Shown: positions 20,323 through 29,934 of the stretch, piece by piece
Numbering within the stretch: the stretch's first letter is position 1
Layout: the number at the start of each line of letters is the position of its first letter
Assembly (NCBI GenBank): GCA_000092065.1
Contig: CP000597.1
Length of the DNA: 64,000 nt
Reading direction: 5' to 3' (one strand)
Origin: Ostreococcus lucimarinus
Lineage: Eukaryota
The notes under the pieces: model-generated
Seen by the model: only the letters and a program-made list of their open reading frames with translations
Told to the model about the DNA's origin: nothing
Database searches by the model: none
Position numbers and translations under genes: made by a program

Positions 20323-21249
20323 TTACAAAGTGGAGGCGACGTGCGCCACGAGGTACAGAAACGCGTCCGCATGCCGCAGCGCCTCGTACGTTTGCTCTAA
20401 ATCAAAATCTAACCCAACCTCGACGCCTTGCGCGAGCACGATTTCAACGGCGTCTACGTCCACACCGAATGCGCGCAACGCGTCCCCCACCGTCGTCCCT
20501 CGCCGCTCAACGCTCGCCGGCGCGCTCGCGAACGTCGCGTTCGCGAAATCGTCGCCTCGCGTCTCGTACACTCGCACGGGCACCACCGCTCGCTTCCTCC
20601 CCTCTCGCACCGCGTCCCCTACTTTCTCCGCCCTGCGCAGCGTGTCTGCGTCCCCGCGCACCACCGCGTCCCACATCGCATCCGCGTCCTCGCTCGACAT
20701 CGTCATCGCCCTCGCCGCGCTCGCCCGCGTGGCGTACGTCGCCTCCTTCAACCCGTTGAAAAACGCGTGTCGACACTCCCGCTCCATTCGCCCCCAACCG
20801 TCGTCCGCCGCGGCGTCCGATGCGTCCAATCGCTCTCTCCCGTTCACCGCGCGCAGCGCGACGCCGTAGACGTCGTCCGAGCGACGTCTCGCGCCGTCCG
20901 CGCACGTCCCGACCGCCGTCCCGAGCGCCAACGCCCGACCGTCGCCCTCGCCGCCGTCCCATCGCGCCTCGAGCGCGTCGAAGTCCTCGGTCACGCGCAA
21001 GAGTTTCGTCAGCGCGCTTCGCGCGCGCGCCGTGGCGAGAAACGCGCCGAGCGGCGCGCAGCGCGGCGCGCGAACGAGCGTGGACTCGCCATCGTGGGAC
21101 AATCGAATCGTCACCTGCGCGGCGCGCGCGACGCGCGTCGACCGTCGTCAGTCGCGGCGCGAGCTCGAGCGAGGGTCGCGCGACGCGCCGGCGCGATCGA
21201 GCGGACGTACGGCGCCCGACAGCGCGTCCACGCGGTCTTGGAGCGTCAT
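20323..21249 (-). CDS. ATG5: Autophagy protein ATG5. Two exons, 21211..21249 and 20323..21114, separated by a 96-nt intron.
   Basis: Exon 2 aligns to human ATG5 over the helical and C-terminal UblB regions (HAFFNGLKEA...; RAVVPVRVYE vs RYIPFRIYQ; EIVLAQGVEVGLDFDLEQTYEALRHADAFLYLV vs [33 protein letters not shown]). The ORF track's M at 21114 is actually GTG. The upstream ATG at 21249 and the downstream GTACGT donor restore the N-terminal RVDALSGAVTIRLSHDGE (compare RDVWFGRIPTCFTLYQDE). Confidence 0.7.
21115..21210 (-). other. Spliceosomal intron (GTACGT...CAG, phase 0) in ATG5.
   Basis: Consensus-like donor GTACGT after codon A (21211). Acceptor CAG lies immediately before GTG ACG ATT CGA (VTIR). 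Confidence 0.6.
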
Positions 21250-21312
21250 TCAGTGACGATCGCGCTTCGCGCCGTCGCGGCGCGAAAACGACGCCGGCGA
21301 TCGCGAAGCGCC

Positions 21313-22932
21313 ATGGATGGCTTGCGCGCGCGCTCGCCCTCGGTCGCCGCGCGCGCGTTCGAGCGAAGCGACGGTCGGGACGACGCGACGTCGTCGGGGA
21401 CGATTGAATTTGCACTTTTTGAATGCAAAAGGATTACGCGCGGAAACGCCGCGATGCAGCGCGCGCGCGCGTCGGCGTCGAGCGCGGTGGTCGATGATTA
21501 CGTCGCGTATCTCGGCGGTGCGGTGTGGACGATGGATTGGCTCGCGCGCGCGAAGACGGCGGACGCGCGCGAAGGCGAAGGCGGCGGTTGGTTGGCGGCG
21601 GCGGCGCGAGGCGCGGGACATCACGCGCACGCCGTGCGCGACGTCGGCGCGTGCCGAGGAACGGGAATGGTGCAAGTGTGGCGCGTGGAGACGGGAAGGG
21701 GGGCGAACGGGACGGTGATGGTGAAAGGGCTGACGCACGCGGGGGGGTGCGCTTTGGACGTAAAGTGGTCGCCGACGATGGAATTTTTAGGAGATCGGGC
21801 GACGGATGACGCCGTGGGGGCGCTGGCGGTGAGCTCGGGCGATGGTGAGGTGAAGGTGTGCGTGGTGGAGGTGACGAAAGGGGGAGAGAACGGGGTGGTC
21901 GAAGAGGCGAAGGCGGAGTTCGTCGGCGTCGTGCCGAAAGAGTACGGGGCGCCGTGGCGGTTGGATTGGAACGCGGTCGTTCCGGGACGTCTCGCCGCGG
22001 GATGCACGAGTGGGCGAGTCGTCGTTTGGGATATTGACGAGAAATCGCTCGGTGGCGCGCCGACGTATCCGAAGTTTGTCGTAGCGGCGGCGGCGCAGGC
22101 GGGACCGTGTCGAGCCGTGCGATGGCCGCCGCGAGAGTTCGCCGAAGACGAGTCCGTGTGCGCGAACATCATCGCGTGTGGGAACGATTACGCGGTGAAG
22201 CCGCAGTTATTTGATCTGCGCGCGCCTTTCGCGCCGATCGGTGATGCGTACGAGCGAGGACAGCCGTGGACGCTCGACATGGCGTGGCTCCCCAGAGGCA
22301 CCCTCGTGGTGGGCTTTGAAACCTCCGATCGATCGTCGGGGAAGAAGAAAGGTGCGACGAAGATGCTGGTACAACAGTTTGATCTCACGGCGAATGCCTC
22401 GGACGATGGAGCGCGGCCTTCGACGCAGCACGCCGTGCCAGGGCGAGGCTCTCCCTGGAGCGTGGACGCTCGCGCGAGCTCGGATCCAACCTCCGCCGCC
22501 GCCATGGTCGCCTGTGCGTCGTCAAATGGCGTCATATGTGTGTCTCCGATGCGATACGTGAGTAGAACCATTAAATCACGACCCGACGTGTTCGATACGT
22601 GCGCGGGAATGCTAGCGTATGACGCGGCGACGAATCGCGTCGCGGATGCCAACCCGGTGACGCCGCCAGAGTGCTTCGACTTCATCACCTCGAGCGAGCA
22701 GGTCAGCTTGAAGGGCGGGACGGATTTGTTTCCCACCGATCGTGCGGCGATGCCAGGGACGCGAGAAACACCGACGACTGCACAACATTGCGTGCGATGG
22801 TCGAAGGATGAGAGCGGCGGTTGGTGGCTCGCGAGCGCGGGCGAAGCCGGCTTCTTGCGATTGCAAAGGTTCGACGGGAAGTGGGTGGAAGATAAAATAG
22901 CCAAACTCGAGCGCGCGCATCGGGGCGATTGA
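21313..22932 (+). CDS. WD40/beta-propeller-like protein, family unassigned.
   Basis: Repeated beta-strand-rich units with W/D dipeptide endings (AVWTMDW, VQVWRVE, LDVKWSP, RVVVWDID, WTLDMAW, GWWLASA). Non-biased composition. The ORF track start at 20428 overlaps ATG5 antisense. The first in-frame ATG clear of ATG5 is at 21313. Confidence 0.5.
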   Translation: MDGLRARSPSVAARAFERSDGRDDATSSGTIEFALFECKRITRGNAAMQRARASASSAVVDDYVAYLGGAVWTMDWLARAKTADAREGEGGGWLAAAARGAGHHAHAVRDVGACRGTGMVQVWRVETGRGANGTVMVKGLTHAGGCALDVKWSPTMEFLGDRATDDAVGALAVSSGDGEVKVCVVEVTKGGENGVVEEAKAEFVGVVPKEYGAPWRLDWNAVVPGRLAAGCTSGRVVVWDIDEKSLGGAPTYPKFVVAAAAQAGPCRAVRWPPREFAEDESVCANIIACGNDYAVKPQLFDLRAPFAPIGDAYERGQPWTLDMAWLPRGTLVVGFETSDRSSGKKKGATKMLVQQFDLTANASDDGARPSTQHAVPGRGSPWSVDARASSDPTSAAAMVACASSNGVICVSPMRYVSRTIKSRPDVFDTCAGMLAYDAATNRVADANPVTPPECFDFITSSEQVSLKGGTDLFPTDRAAMPGTRETPTTAQHCVRWSKDESGGWWLASAGEAGFLRLQRFDGKWVEDKIAKLERAHRGD

Positions 22933-23023
22933 ACGCACGAACGACGCGCCTAGCACTTGATATCACCTAGCACAACAAATTCTTTCTACTTTGAAACGAC
23001 ACGCGCTGAAGCTCGTGCAGTCT

Positions 23024-23974
23024 TTATCTCAGGCCGAAATCTGCTAAAACCCCCCCTTCGTCGTCGTTCACGCCGACCGACACGCAATAATGCGCCATGA
23101 TGAGTTTCCACTCCTCGAACTCATCGAATAATTCTATTCGCTCGATTCGCGCGCGCTCGACGGGATCTAACCTCGCGTACACTTCGTTCATGTCGTACGC
23201 CTCGGCGCGCCGCCACGCGTTCCGCTCAAACCTCGCTCGAGCGCCCGCAACGCTCGGGGCGTCCCTGATACCGGCGAACGCACACCCACGACTCTCAACG
23301 TTGCGCACCATCTGTCGTCCGAACGCATCGTCGGGCTCGATGGGATCGTACGAGATGAACGCCCCTCGCTCGACGCGTTCGCCGAAAAATCTAACCACCT
23401 CGTCCGACTTCCCCGGCGGCAAATACGCCAACACGCACTCCGCGATCACGAGCGTGGGCGCGGACCAATCCAATTTTACCTCCTCAAAAATCCGCGCCAG
23501 CGCCTCCCCGTCTCGCACGTCGCACGCCCGCAAATCGTACACCTCCGACGCCGCCGCCGCCGCCGTCCCCGCGCTCGCCTCGCTCCTCGCTCGCCTCTCC
23601 TTCGTCACCTCCTCGTGATCCACCTCCACGACCCGCGCGTTCGCCCACCGTTCCATCACATAAAATCCGATCGTGTCGTACCCGCATCCCACGTTCACGA
23701 CGTTGAACCGTCCATCGCCGACCGCGCTTCCGAACGCGTCGCTCAGCGCCCGCGTCGCCGTCGACCGCGCCCAGTACCCTCTGTGCACCAGCGGCGCGTG
23801 CCTCGCGCCGCTCGCGCCCGTCTCGCGCGCGAACGCCTCGACGTGCGCGTCGTCGACGTAGCCGAGTCGCGCGATGTCCCTGCGCGCGAGAGAGCGCGTC
23901 AGCGCGCGTCGAATCGTCGCCGCTTCGAGCTCGCGAATTCGCTTCGTCGACGCACCGCTTCGCGCGCGCGGCAT
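23024..23974 (-). CDS. LCMT1: Leucine carboxyl methyltransferase (LCMT1/PPM1; PP2A C-subunit methyltransferase).
   Basis: ...LVHRGYWARS... (compare INRGYFAR), VVNVGCGYDT, TLVIAECVLAYLPP, ISYDPIEPDDAFGRQMVRNVESRGCAFAGI match LCMT family motifs. Confidence 0.7.
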   Translation of the reverse strand: MPRARSGASTKRIRELEAATIRRALTRSLARRDIARLGYVDDAHVEAFARETGASGARHAPLVHRGYWARSTATRALSDAFGSAVGDGRFNVVNVGCGYDTIGFYVMERWANARVVEVDHEEVTKERRARSEASAGTAAAAASEVYDLRACDVRDGEALARIFEEVKLDWSAPTLVIAECVLAYLPPGKSDEVVRFFGERVERGAFISYDPIEPDDAFGRQMVRNVESRGCAFAGIRDAPSVAGARARFERNAWRRAEAYDMNEVYARLDPVERARIERIELFDEFEEWKLIMAHYCVSVGVNDDEGGVLADFGLR

Positions 23975-24110
23975 CGCTCGCCGTCTCGATCACGCCGCGC
24001 GCGTCGTCGCCGTCGTCGCGGGGCATCCGCGCCGGCGCGCGCGGCGTCGCGGCGCGCGCGCGGCGTCGCGGCGCGACGACGCGACGACGAGTGCCGCACA
24101 CGACGACGCG

Positions 24111-25382
24111 ATGGCGACGACGACGCGCGCGGCGACGGCGACGGCGCGCGCGACGGCTCGGACGCCGGCGACGGCGCGCGGGCGACGGCGCGCGGCGCGC
24201 GGCGCGCGCGCGGCGGCGCGCGCGCGGCGCGAGGGCGACGCGCGCGCGGAGGTCGAGGTCGAGGTTCGCGCGCGGGGACGGCGCGCGCGCGGCGCGAGGA
24301 CGGCGCGCGGGGACGCGCGCGCGGCGTCGAACGACGCGCGAGCGTTGGCGCGCGACGTGACGTGCGGCGCGGGCGCGAACGATGGCGCGCGGCGACGCGA
24401 GCGGAAGCCTCCGGCGGCGCAGCGCGCGCTGACGAAGTTTTTGGAACTCCCGGCGGTGCCGATCGGGTCGTTCGTGAGCTCGCCCACGTCGCCGTTGCAC
24501 AGGATGGACGCGAGGGTGAAGCAAGCGTGGTTGGCGGCGCTGTTGCTGCTTCCGGCGAGCGGAAGCGTGGATGATAAGATTGCGACGTGCGCGTTGTTGA
24601 CGGCGACGACTGTGGCGGCGTTGCCGCGGAGAGTGTGGAGACCGCAGTTGCAGTCGTTGATGACGGTTTGCGCGGTGTTTTTCGTCGCGGTGGCGATCGG
24701 AGCGGATTCCGTGGCGCCCGTGGTGTCGACCAGGGAGCCTCCGGCGAGTTTAGAGGGGTTGGAGGGGTTACCCGAGCTCGCGAGCTCGTACAAGTACGTG
24801 TTGTTTCATCTCGGGCCGCTACAGCTGACGAGGAAAGGGATCAATTTAGCTGTGACGTCGTCGGCGATGACGTTTACGGTGTTACAAAGCGCGCATTTAG
24901 CGCTGTGTGTGACGACGCCGGAGGCCATGGCGGCTGGGTTGCGCTGGTATCTCGCGCCGCTTCGCGCGCTTCGCGTGCCCGTGGAGGAGGTAATTTTCAC
25001 CCTGTTGCTATCGCTTCGCTTCACCTCGATCGTTTTCGAGGAAGTGCGGAATCTGAGCTTAGGATTAGCGGCGCGTGACATCGACTGGCGCGCGCTCGGG
25101 TGGCGCGGAAGCGTAGATTTATCGGGGCGATTGTTGGAACGGCTTTTAGACTCGCTCTTCGCCAACTCGGCGGCGATTAGCGACGCCGTGATATCGAGAG
25201 GGTACAAAGACGCAGCGAGCCATCGATTGATGTTGAGTGGCCGCACGAGTCCGGGTTTAGTCGAGAACGTCGTCGGCATCGTCGTTCTCGTGGCGTTCGT
25301 CGCACACTTCAACGAAGAGGCAATCGTGTGGTCGCTGGACGCGTTCAACACAGCCAACCGGCACGCGCTCGGGCGAGGTTAG
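24111..25382 (+). CDS. EcfT/CbiQ-family transmembrane component of an ECF/cobalt-type ABC transporter (likely plastid, ABCI12-like), with an R/A-rich targeting extension.
   Basis: ...FVSSPTSPLHRMDARVKQAWLAALLLLPA... (EcfT N-terminal LHRLDPRVK motif), followed by about 5 hydrophobic helices and a conserved ...AARDIDW.../...ISRGY... region. Confidence 0.5.
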   Translation: MATTTRAATATARATARTPATARGRRRAARGARAAARARREGDARAEVEVEVRARGRRARGARTARGDARAASNDARALARDVTCGAGANDGARRRERKPPAAQRALTKFLELPAVPIGSFVSSPTSPLHRMDARVKQAWLAALLLLPASGSVDDKIATCALLTATTVAALPRRVWRPQLQSLMTVCAVFFVAVAIGADSVAPVVSTREPPASLEGLEGLPELASSYKYVLFHLGPLQLTRKGINLAVTSSAMTFTVLQSAHLALCVTTPEAMAAGLRWYLAPLRALRVPVEEVIFTLLLSLRFTSIVFEEVRNLSLGLAARDIDWRALGWRGSVDLSGRLLERLLDSLFANSAAISDAVISRGYKDAASHRLMLSGRTSPGLVENVVGIVVLVAFVAHFNEEAIVWSLDAFNTANRHALGRG

Positions 25383-25461
25383 CACGGAGTGGTTGGTAGT
25401 CGCTTGTTGTTAAATTAAAACATATGTTGTAATGAGAAATAAATACAGCGTGCGCCTTCAT

Positions 25462-27051
25462 TTAAAACTTGCGGGTGCCGATTTCCGGCTCATCGTCGCC
25501 GACGGATTCGGTTTCTGAGGGTTTTTCTTCGGCGACGGCTTCAACCACCGCGGCAGGGGTTTCCACCTCTTGCGGTACCACTACCGGGAGCTCGGCGGCG
25601 CGCGGGAGTTCTTGACCATCGAATGGCTTGGAAAAGACCATGGTCTTCGAAACCCACGCCGTGGCGGTGGCTTCGTGACGCAAACCGGCTTCTTCAAAGA
25701 GCTCGACCAAGTTCGTCACCGCATAATCCTTGTAGTACGGTTCATGGTTGAACGCAGGGAAACGATCGAGGGCGAGCTCGAACGCGCCTTCCATCCCATT
25801 TTCTTTACCATCGCCAATTTGCACGCTATCGACGAAGAAAAGCTTGCCGCCCGGCTTCAACACGCGCGCCATTTCCTTGGCCACCGTCATGCGAACCGCG
25901 CGCGGAAGCTCGTGGAAGAGGTAGACGTTGGTGATCATGTCGAATTCGTTGTCCTCGAGAGGCATGTCTTCCGCGTTCGCTTCAACGAGGCGCAGGCTAC
26001 CGCCCTTGCCTTCGAAACGCTTGTTCAATTTGCGCGTGGACTCGAGGTAGTGCGGAGACAGCTCGAGCGCCGTACTTTGCAACTCGGGGTGGTTATCGCG
26101 CACGAAAGACAAAAAACGTCCGGTGCCAGACGCCACATCCAAGTGCTTCGTCGTGCTCGCGTCGCGATTGCGCATGAAATCAGCGATGTACGGCAACGCC
26201 CGACGACGCATGGCGTCGGCGGATCCCAAAAACAGCATCTCAACTTGGAAGTCGTACAATCGCGCGCTCTGCGCGCTCAACCACCCATCGGTTTGGTAGT
26301 GAAAGTTTTGTAAGTAATAGTCCGGATATCTCTTCGGATCGGCGACGTAAGTTTCGCGCAATTCTTGCCCCTTCTTCGCGTTTCTTCGCTCAGCGACGAC
26401 GCGTTGATCTCGCGCGTTCGCGTTCGCCAACGCGCTCACCGCCAAGGGATTCCACTGCGCCGCCGGCGCGGTGCTGGGATCCATATCATACGGAAACTTA
26501 TACGTCCCATTTTCGATGAACTCGCACTCGCGCTTGAACACGTCCAAAATCGCCCCCATGTGCTGTTCCAAAAATTCGCTCACCTCTTGCGCCTGCTCCT
26601 CCGACATATCGCTCCCATCCATCGTCTTCCGCACGATGGGCGTCGCCGACCCCGCGCTCGCGTTCCCATTCCCATCGTCACTCATCACCACTCTCGCCAC
26701 CGCCTGCGCGATCGCCCCGACGTCGATGTCTCGTCCATCCGTCCCGCGCGAGTTCCCCACGCCTTGGGACAGAAAAAACGCAAACCGAAGTCCCGCGCTC
26801 GAGGTGTACGCCGCGCGAAGCGCCGCCTTTTTCGCTTCCTCGGGCAGCGCGTCTTCGATGCGCGTTCGCAGGTCGTCCAGGAACGACAGCGGGTTCGCGC
26901 GCGACGCCGGCGCGCTCGTATCGAGCGCGGATGTTTTCACGCCACGACGCATCGGCGCCGCCGACGGCGTTCGCGACGTCGCGCGCGCGCGTCTTTGCGC
27001 TCGAGCGCACGCCGCGCGCGGTGCAGACGCGGTTGACATCGCGCGCGACAC
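25462..27051 (-). CDS. Class I SAM-dependent methyltransferase (Methyltransf_11 type) with a long N-terminal extension, probably plastid-targeted.
   Basis: Motif I LDVASGTGRFL. Post-I acidic D/E. Motif II/III ...EFDMITNVYLFHELP...LKPGGKLFFVDS. Confidence 0.6.
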   Translation of the reverse strand: MSRAMSTASAPRAACARAQRRARATSRTPSAAPMRRGVKTSALDTSAPASRANPLSFLDDLRTRIEDALPEEAKKAALRAAYTSSAGLRFAFFLSQGVGNSRGTDGRDIDVGAIAQAVARVVMSDDGNGNASAGSATPIVRKTMDGSDMSEEQAQEVSEFLEQHMGAILDVFKRECEFIENGTYKFPYDMDPSTAPAAQWNPLAVSALANANARDQRVVAERRNAKKGQELRETYVADPKRYPDYYLQNFHYQTDGWLSAQSARLYDFQVEMLFLGSADAMRRRALPYIADFMRNRDASTTKHLDVASGTGRFLSFVRDNHPELQSTALELSPHYLESTRKLNKRFEGKGGSLRLVEANAEDMPLEDNEFDMITNVYLFHELPRAVRMTVAKEMARVLKPGGKLFFVDSVQIGDGKENGMEGAFELALDRFPAFNHEPYYKDYAVTNLVELFEEAGLRHEATATAWVSKTMVFSKPFDGQELPRAAELPVVVPQEVETPAAVVEAVAEEKPSETESVGDDEPEIGTRKF

Positions 27052-27268
27052 GGTTCGTCGGTATCGCGCGACGCGAGCGCGCGGAGAAGTGTGGACACGG
27101 GACGAACGCGAGTGACGTCACATTTCAAGACCGCGCGGGGCGACGTCGAGCGCGACGGACATCGCGCGAAGAGACGGACATCGGGCGTCGATGACGCGGA
27201 AACGAACGTAAAACGTTGATATTAAACGATTCGTCGATGAATCGAGCGCGCGCGTTGGCGGTGGGCGC

Positions 27269-27790
27269 TCACGCCGCCGTCGCTTTGGCGCGCACGCGCT
27301 CGCGCCAGCCCACGAGCGCCGGACCGGGAATTTTCAACGCCTCCACGGTGTACGTCTTCTTCGATTTCGTCGACCGCTCGGAGTTTTCGCCGTCATCATT
27401 CGTTCGAACGCCGTCGTCGTCGTTTTCGTCGTCGTCGAACGAAAGACCGCGCTCGCACAACGTCGCCGCGTCCTCGTCGCGCGCGAACGTCACGAACGCG
27501 AAATCCTCTCCCTCCGGCACGTAACACCGCGTCACCTTCCCCCCGCGCACCGCTCTTTCGCACGCCTCGAGCACGTCCGACGCGTTTCTCTTACTCTCCG
27601 GCAAATCGTACGCCACGCACGGGTTCTTCAGCCGCGCGAACCGCTCCTGCCCGTCCTCCTCCATCGTCCACTCCGACTGCCACCCGTACTTCATCTGTCG
27701 ATACTCCGGCGTGTTCGGCTCGTCGATCGCGTACCCGGATCCCGCGATCTCGAAGAACGGGCCGAACGATCCCGCATCGCGTTCGCTCAT
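27269..27790 (-). CDS. Hypothetical small protein with an RRM-like segment (KVTRCYVPEGEDFAFVTFARDEDA) and an acidic tail.
   Basis: 173-aa ORF of balanced composition (W, Y, K, E, F). No R/A-rich bias. Family not recognised. Confidence 0.4.
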   Translation of the reverse strand: MSERDAGSFGPFFEIAGSGYAIDEPNTPEYRQMKYGWQSEWTMEEDGQERFARLKNPCVAYDLPESKRNASDVLEACERAVRGGKVTRCYVPEGEDFAFVTFARDEDAATLCERGLSFDDDENDDDGVRTNDDGENSERSTKSKKTYTVEALKIPGPALVGWRERVRAKATAA

Positions 27791-27892
27791 GTCGTCGCGT
27801 CGTTCTCCTCCGTCGCGCGATTCTGACGTCGCATCGATTCGATTGTTCGCTCGAAACGCTCGCGTAACGCCCGCGCGCCACCCCGGTCGAAA

Positions 27893-27925
27893 CCTAACTA
27901 TAAACTATAAACTATAAACTATAAA
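27893..27925. repeat. (CTATAAA)n microsatellite, 4-5 units.
   Basis: Sequence aactaa(ctataaa)x4 is directly visible. It is AT-rich within a GC-rich context and immediately abuts the interspersed repeat. Confidence 0.9.
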
Positions 27926-28132
27926 CTCGTCGAGTTTTCTACGTATTCACCGTGATTTAGATCTATTAGTGCCGAAATCGCGAAACCCGTTTTGTCCAGC
28001 CTGCACACTTACGCACAAACTTAGGGACTAAGAGCATCGCAATAACTTAAGTTCTCGTCGAGTTTTCTACGTATTCACCGTGATTTAGATCTATTAGTGC
28101 CGAAATCGCGAAACCCGTTTTGTCCAGCCTGC
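27926..28132 (+). repeat. Interspersed repeat family A, locus 1: 1.6 tandem copies of a ~128-bp unit (ctcgtcgagttttctacgtattcaccgtgatttagatctattagtgccgaaatcgcgaaacccgttttgtccagcctgcacacttacgcacaaactta...).
   Basis: Unit 1 is 27926..28053. Partial unit 2 is 28054..28132 and is nearly identical. The same element recurs at 41550..41772. The repeat lies between the divergent genes starting at 27790 (-) and 28202 (+). Confidence 0.9.
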
Positions 28133-28201
28133 GCCCGGGCGCGCCGGCGACGCCGCGCGCATTGGACGCTGCGCGACGCATTACCGCGCGCGTCGCGCGT
28201 C

Positions 28202-29749
28202 ATGGCGTCTCCGACGCCGCACGCGCGCGCGCTCTGCCGCAGCGTAAACGTCCCGATCGCGCTCGACGACCGACGCGGTGCGCGCGCGATCAGACGACGC
28301 GCGACGCGCGCGAATGCGTCGACGAATGGGACGCCCGCGAGCGGGGACGCGCGCGCGAACGTCGACGACGACGACGAGAGACGACCGGGAAGCGTCGGGC
28401 GAGGGAACGACGGTGACGTGATGTTCGTGAACGGCGACGGCGCGACGCGGCGCGCGATCGGGGGCCGACGCGCGATGGAGGGACGCGCGGCGAATGGCGA
28501 CGAGGGGGAGAGGTTAAGAGACGGCGGCGCGCGCGGCGACGACGACGCGAGACGGGATTCGCGCGCGAGAGACGCGTCGTCGTCGTCGCCGGGGATGGCG
28601 AGAGGAAGTGGTGCGCGCGCGAGGTCGTCGAGCGGGGGCGCGAGCGCGATCAGAGGCGCGAACGCGGCGCGAGCGCAAACGGCGGAAATCTTGCTCACGC
28701 GAGGGTTGATTCTGAATAAGCTCGTCGTGACGCGCACGAGCGGGTCGCGATTGGGCGTGGCGACGGATTTGTGGGTGGACACCGATACGTGGGAGGTCGT
28801 GGCGTTAGATATTCGACAAAACGCGTTCGTGGGGACGGTAGACCACGTGCTGCTGGAGTCGCTGAGGCAAGTCGGGGACGTGATTTTGGTACACGACGAG
28901 CGCGCGGTGGAGCGGCGATGGAGCTCGTACGGATACAGCGCGGTGGTGGGGAAGGACGTCGTCACCGAGAGTGGGCAGTTTATCGGTCGAGTGCGGGATT
29001 TCGAATTCGATCCCGAGGACGGCGCCATCGCGAGGTTGATCGTCGACGCGTGGGGCGTGCCCACGGTGCCCGAGGGCGTGGTGTCGACGTACGCCGTGGA
29101 CGTCGTTGAGATTTTAGACTGCGGAACCGAACGCATCATCGTCGCCGAAGACGCCGAAAGTCGAGTCGAACAACTCAGCATGAGCGTTTTACAGCGCTTG
29201 GCGTTGACCGTGCCGCCGTGGGAGGAGGAAGAGATGATGTTCGGAAGCGACGCCTACTACGACGACGTCTACTACGACGACTACGGCCGCGCCGTGCCGT
29301 CGCGATCGCGCCGTCGCGCCGACGTAGACGAGTACGAAGCCTTCTTCCGACGTCGCGGCGGCGCCGCGCGCGGCGTCGAGCAGCGCCAATCGTCCGGAAG
29401 CCCCGTTCGCGAGGGCATCCCGCTGATGCGTCCGACGCAAGCGTACGAACGTCGCGACGTCGACGGCGGCTACGGCGACCGCCCCGGTTTCTCCGATTGG
29501 GTCGTCCGCGACGATCGCCGTCAATCGCGCGAGTACGAAACCGTCGACGCGTACTGGGATCCTCCCGCGAGACGCGAGCGCGCCGCCGCGCGTCGTCCGC
29601 CCGCCGACGCCCGCGACGTCCGCGACGTCCGCGCGTCGCCGCCGCCGCGCGACGCTCGCCCCCCGCCGCGTTCGCGCCGCGCGCCGCCGCCGCGTTCGCG
29701 CCGCGCGCCGCCCTCGGGCGCGTTCGACGCGTCCGAGGACATGCTCTGA
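28202..29749 (+). CDS. PRC-barrel domain protein (tandem PRC barrels), probably plastid-targeted, with a Pro/Arg-rich C-terminal tail.
   Basis: ...ILLTRGLILNKLVVTRTSGSRLGVATDLWVDTDTWEVVALDI... and ...AVVGKDVVTESGQFIGRVRDFEFDPEDGAIARLIVD... fit the PRC-barrel pattern (L.G..V....G..LG.V.D...D...G.I..L.V). The ORF track start at 28097 is a translation of the repeat (MPKSRNPFCPAC) and is not real. Confidence 0.45.
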   Translation: MASPTPHARALCRSVNVPIALDDRRGARAIRRRATRANASTNGTPASGDARANVDDDDERRPGSVGRGNDGDVMFVNGDGATRRAIGGRRAMEGRAANGDEGERLRDGGARGDDDARRDSRARDASSSSPGMARGSGARARSSSGGASAIRGANAARAQTAEILLTRGLILNKLVVTRTSGSRLGVATDLWVDTDTWEVVALDIRQNAFVGTVDHVLLESLRQVGDVILVHDERAVERRWSSYGYSAVVGKDVVTESGQFIGRVRDFEFDPEDGAIARLIVDAWGVPTVPEGVVSTYAVDVVEILDCGTERIIVAEDAESRVEQLSMSVLQRLALTVPPWEEEEMMFGSDAYYDDVYYDDYGRAVPSRSRRRADVDEYEAFFRRRGGAARGVEQRQSSGSPVREGIPLMRPTQAYERRDVDGGYGDRPGFSDWVVRDDRRQSREYETVDAYWDPPARRERAAARRPPADARDVRDVRASPPPRDARPPPRSRRAPPPRSRRAPPSGAFDASEDML

Positions 29750-29934
29750 CGCGCGCGGTTTCGCCGACGCTGTAACTCCAAATGTCCAAATGTTCCGTGT
29801 GCATCGCTCGATCGGTCTCGCGCGCGTGACGTCACTTATCCATCCCGTCGACGACGGCGCGCGCGCGCCGCACTCCGTCGCGCGCGCCGCGTCCGACTCG
29901 CCGAAGCGCGCACTCGCGCCGAAGTTCGCGCACG

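Noticed and set aside
20323-21114. 'M' start of the ATG5 ORF at 21114 in the ORF track.
   Set aside because: The codon is GTG (valine) on the minus strand. The ORF track evidently allows alternative start codons, so 'M' labels cannot be taken as ATG. The real start is supplied by an upstream exon.
23484-24793. Cluster of 260-350-aa ORFs on both strands (23484..24524-, 23615..24574+, 23990..24793-).
   Set aside because: R/A/G-rich noise over the LCMT1 5' end and the EcfT-like gene's targeting-peptide region.
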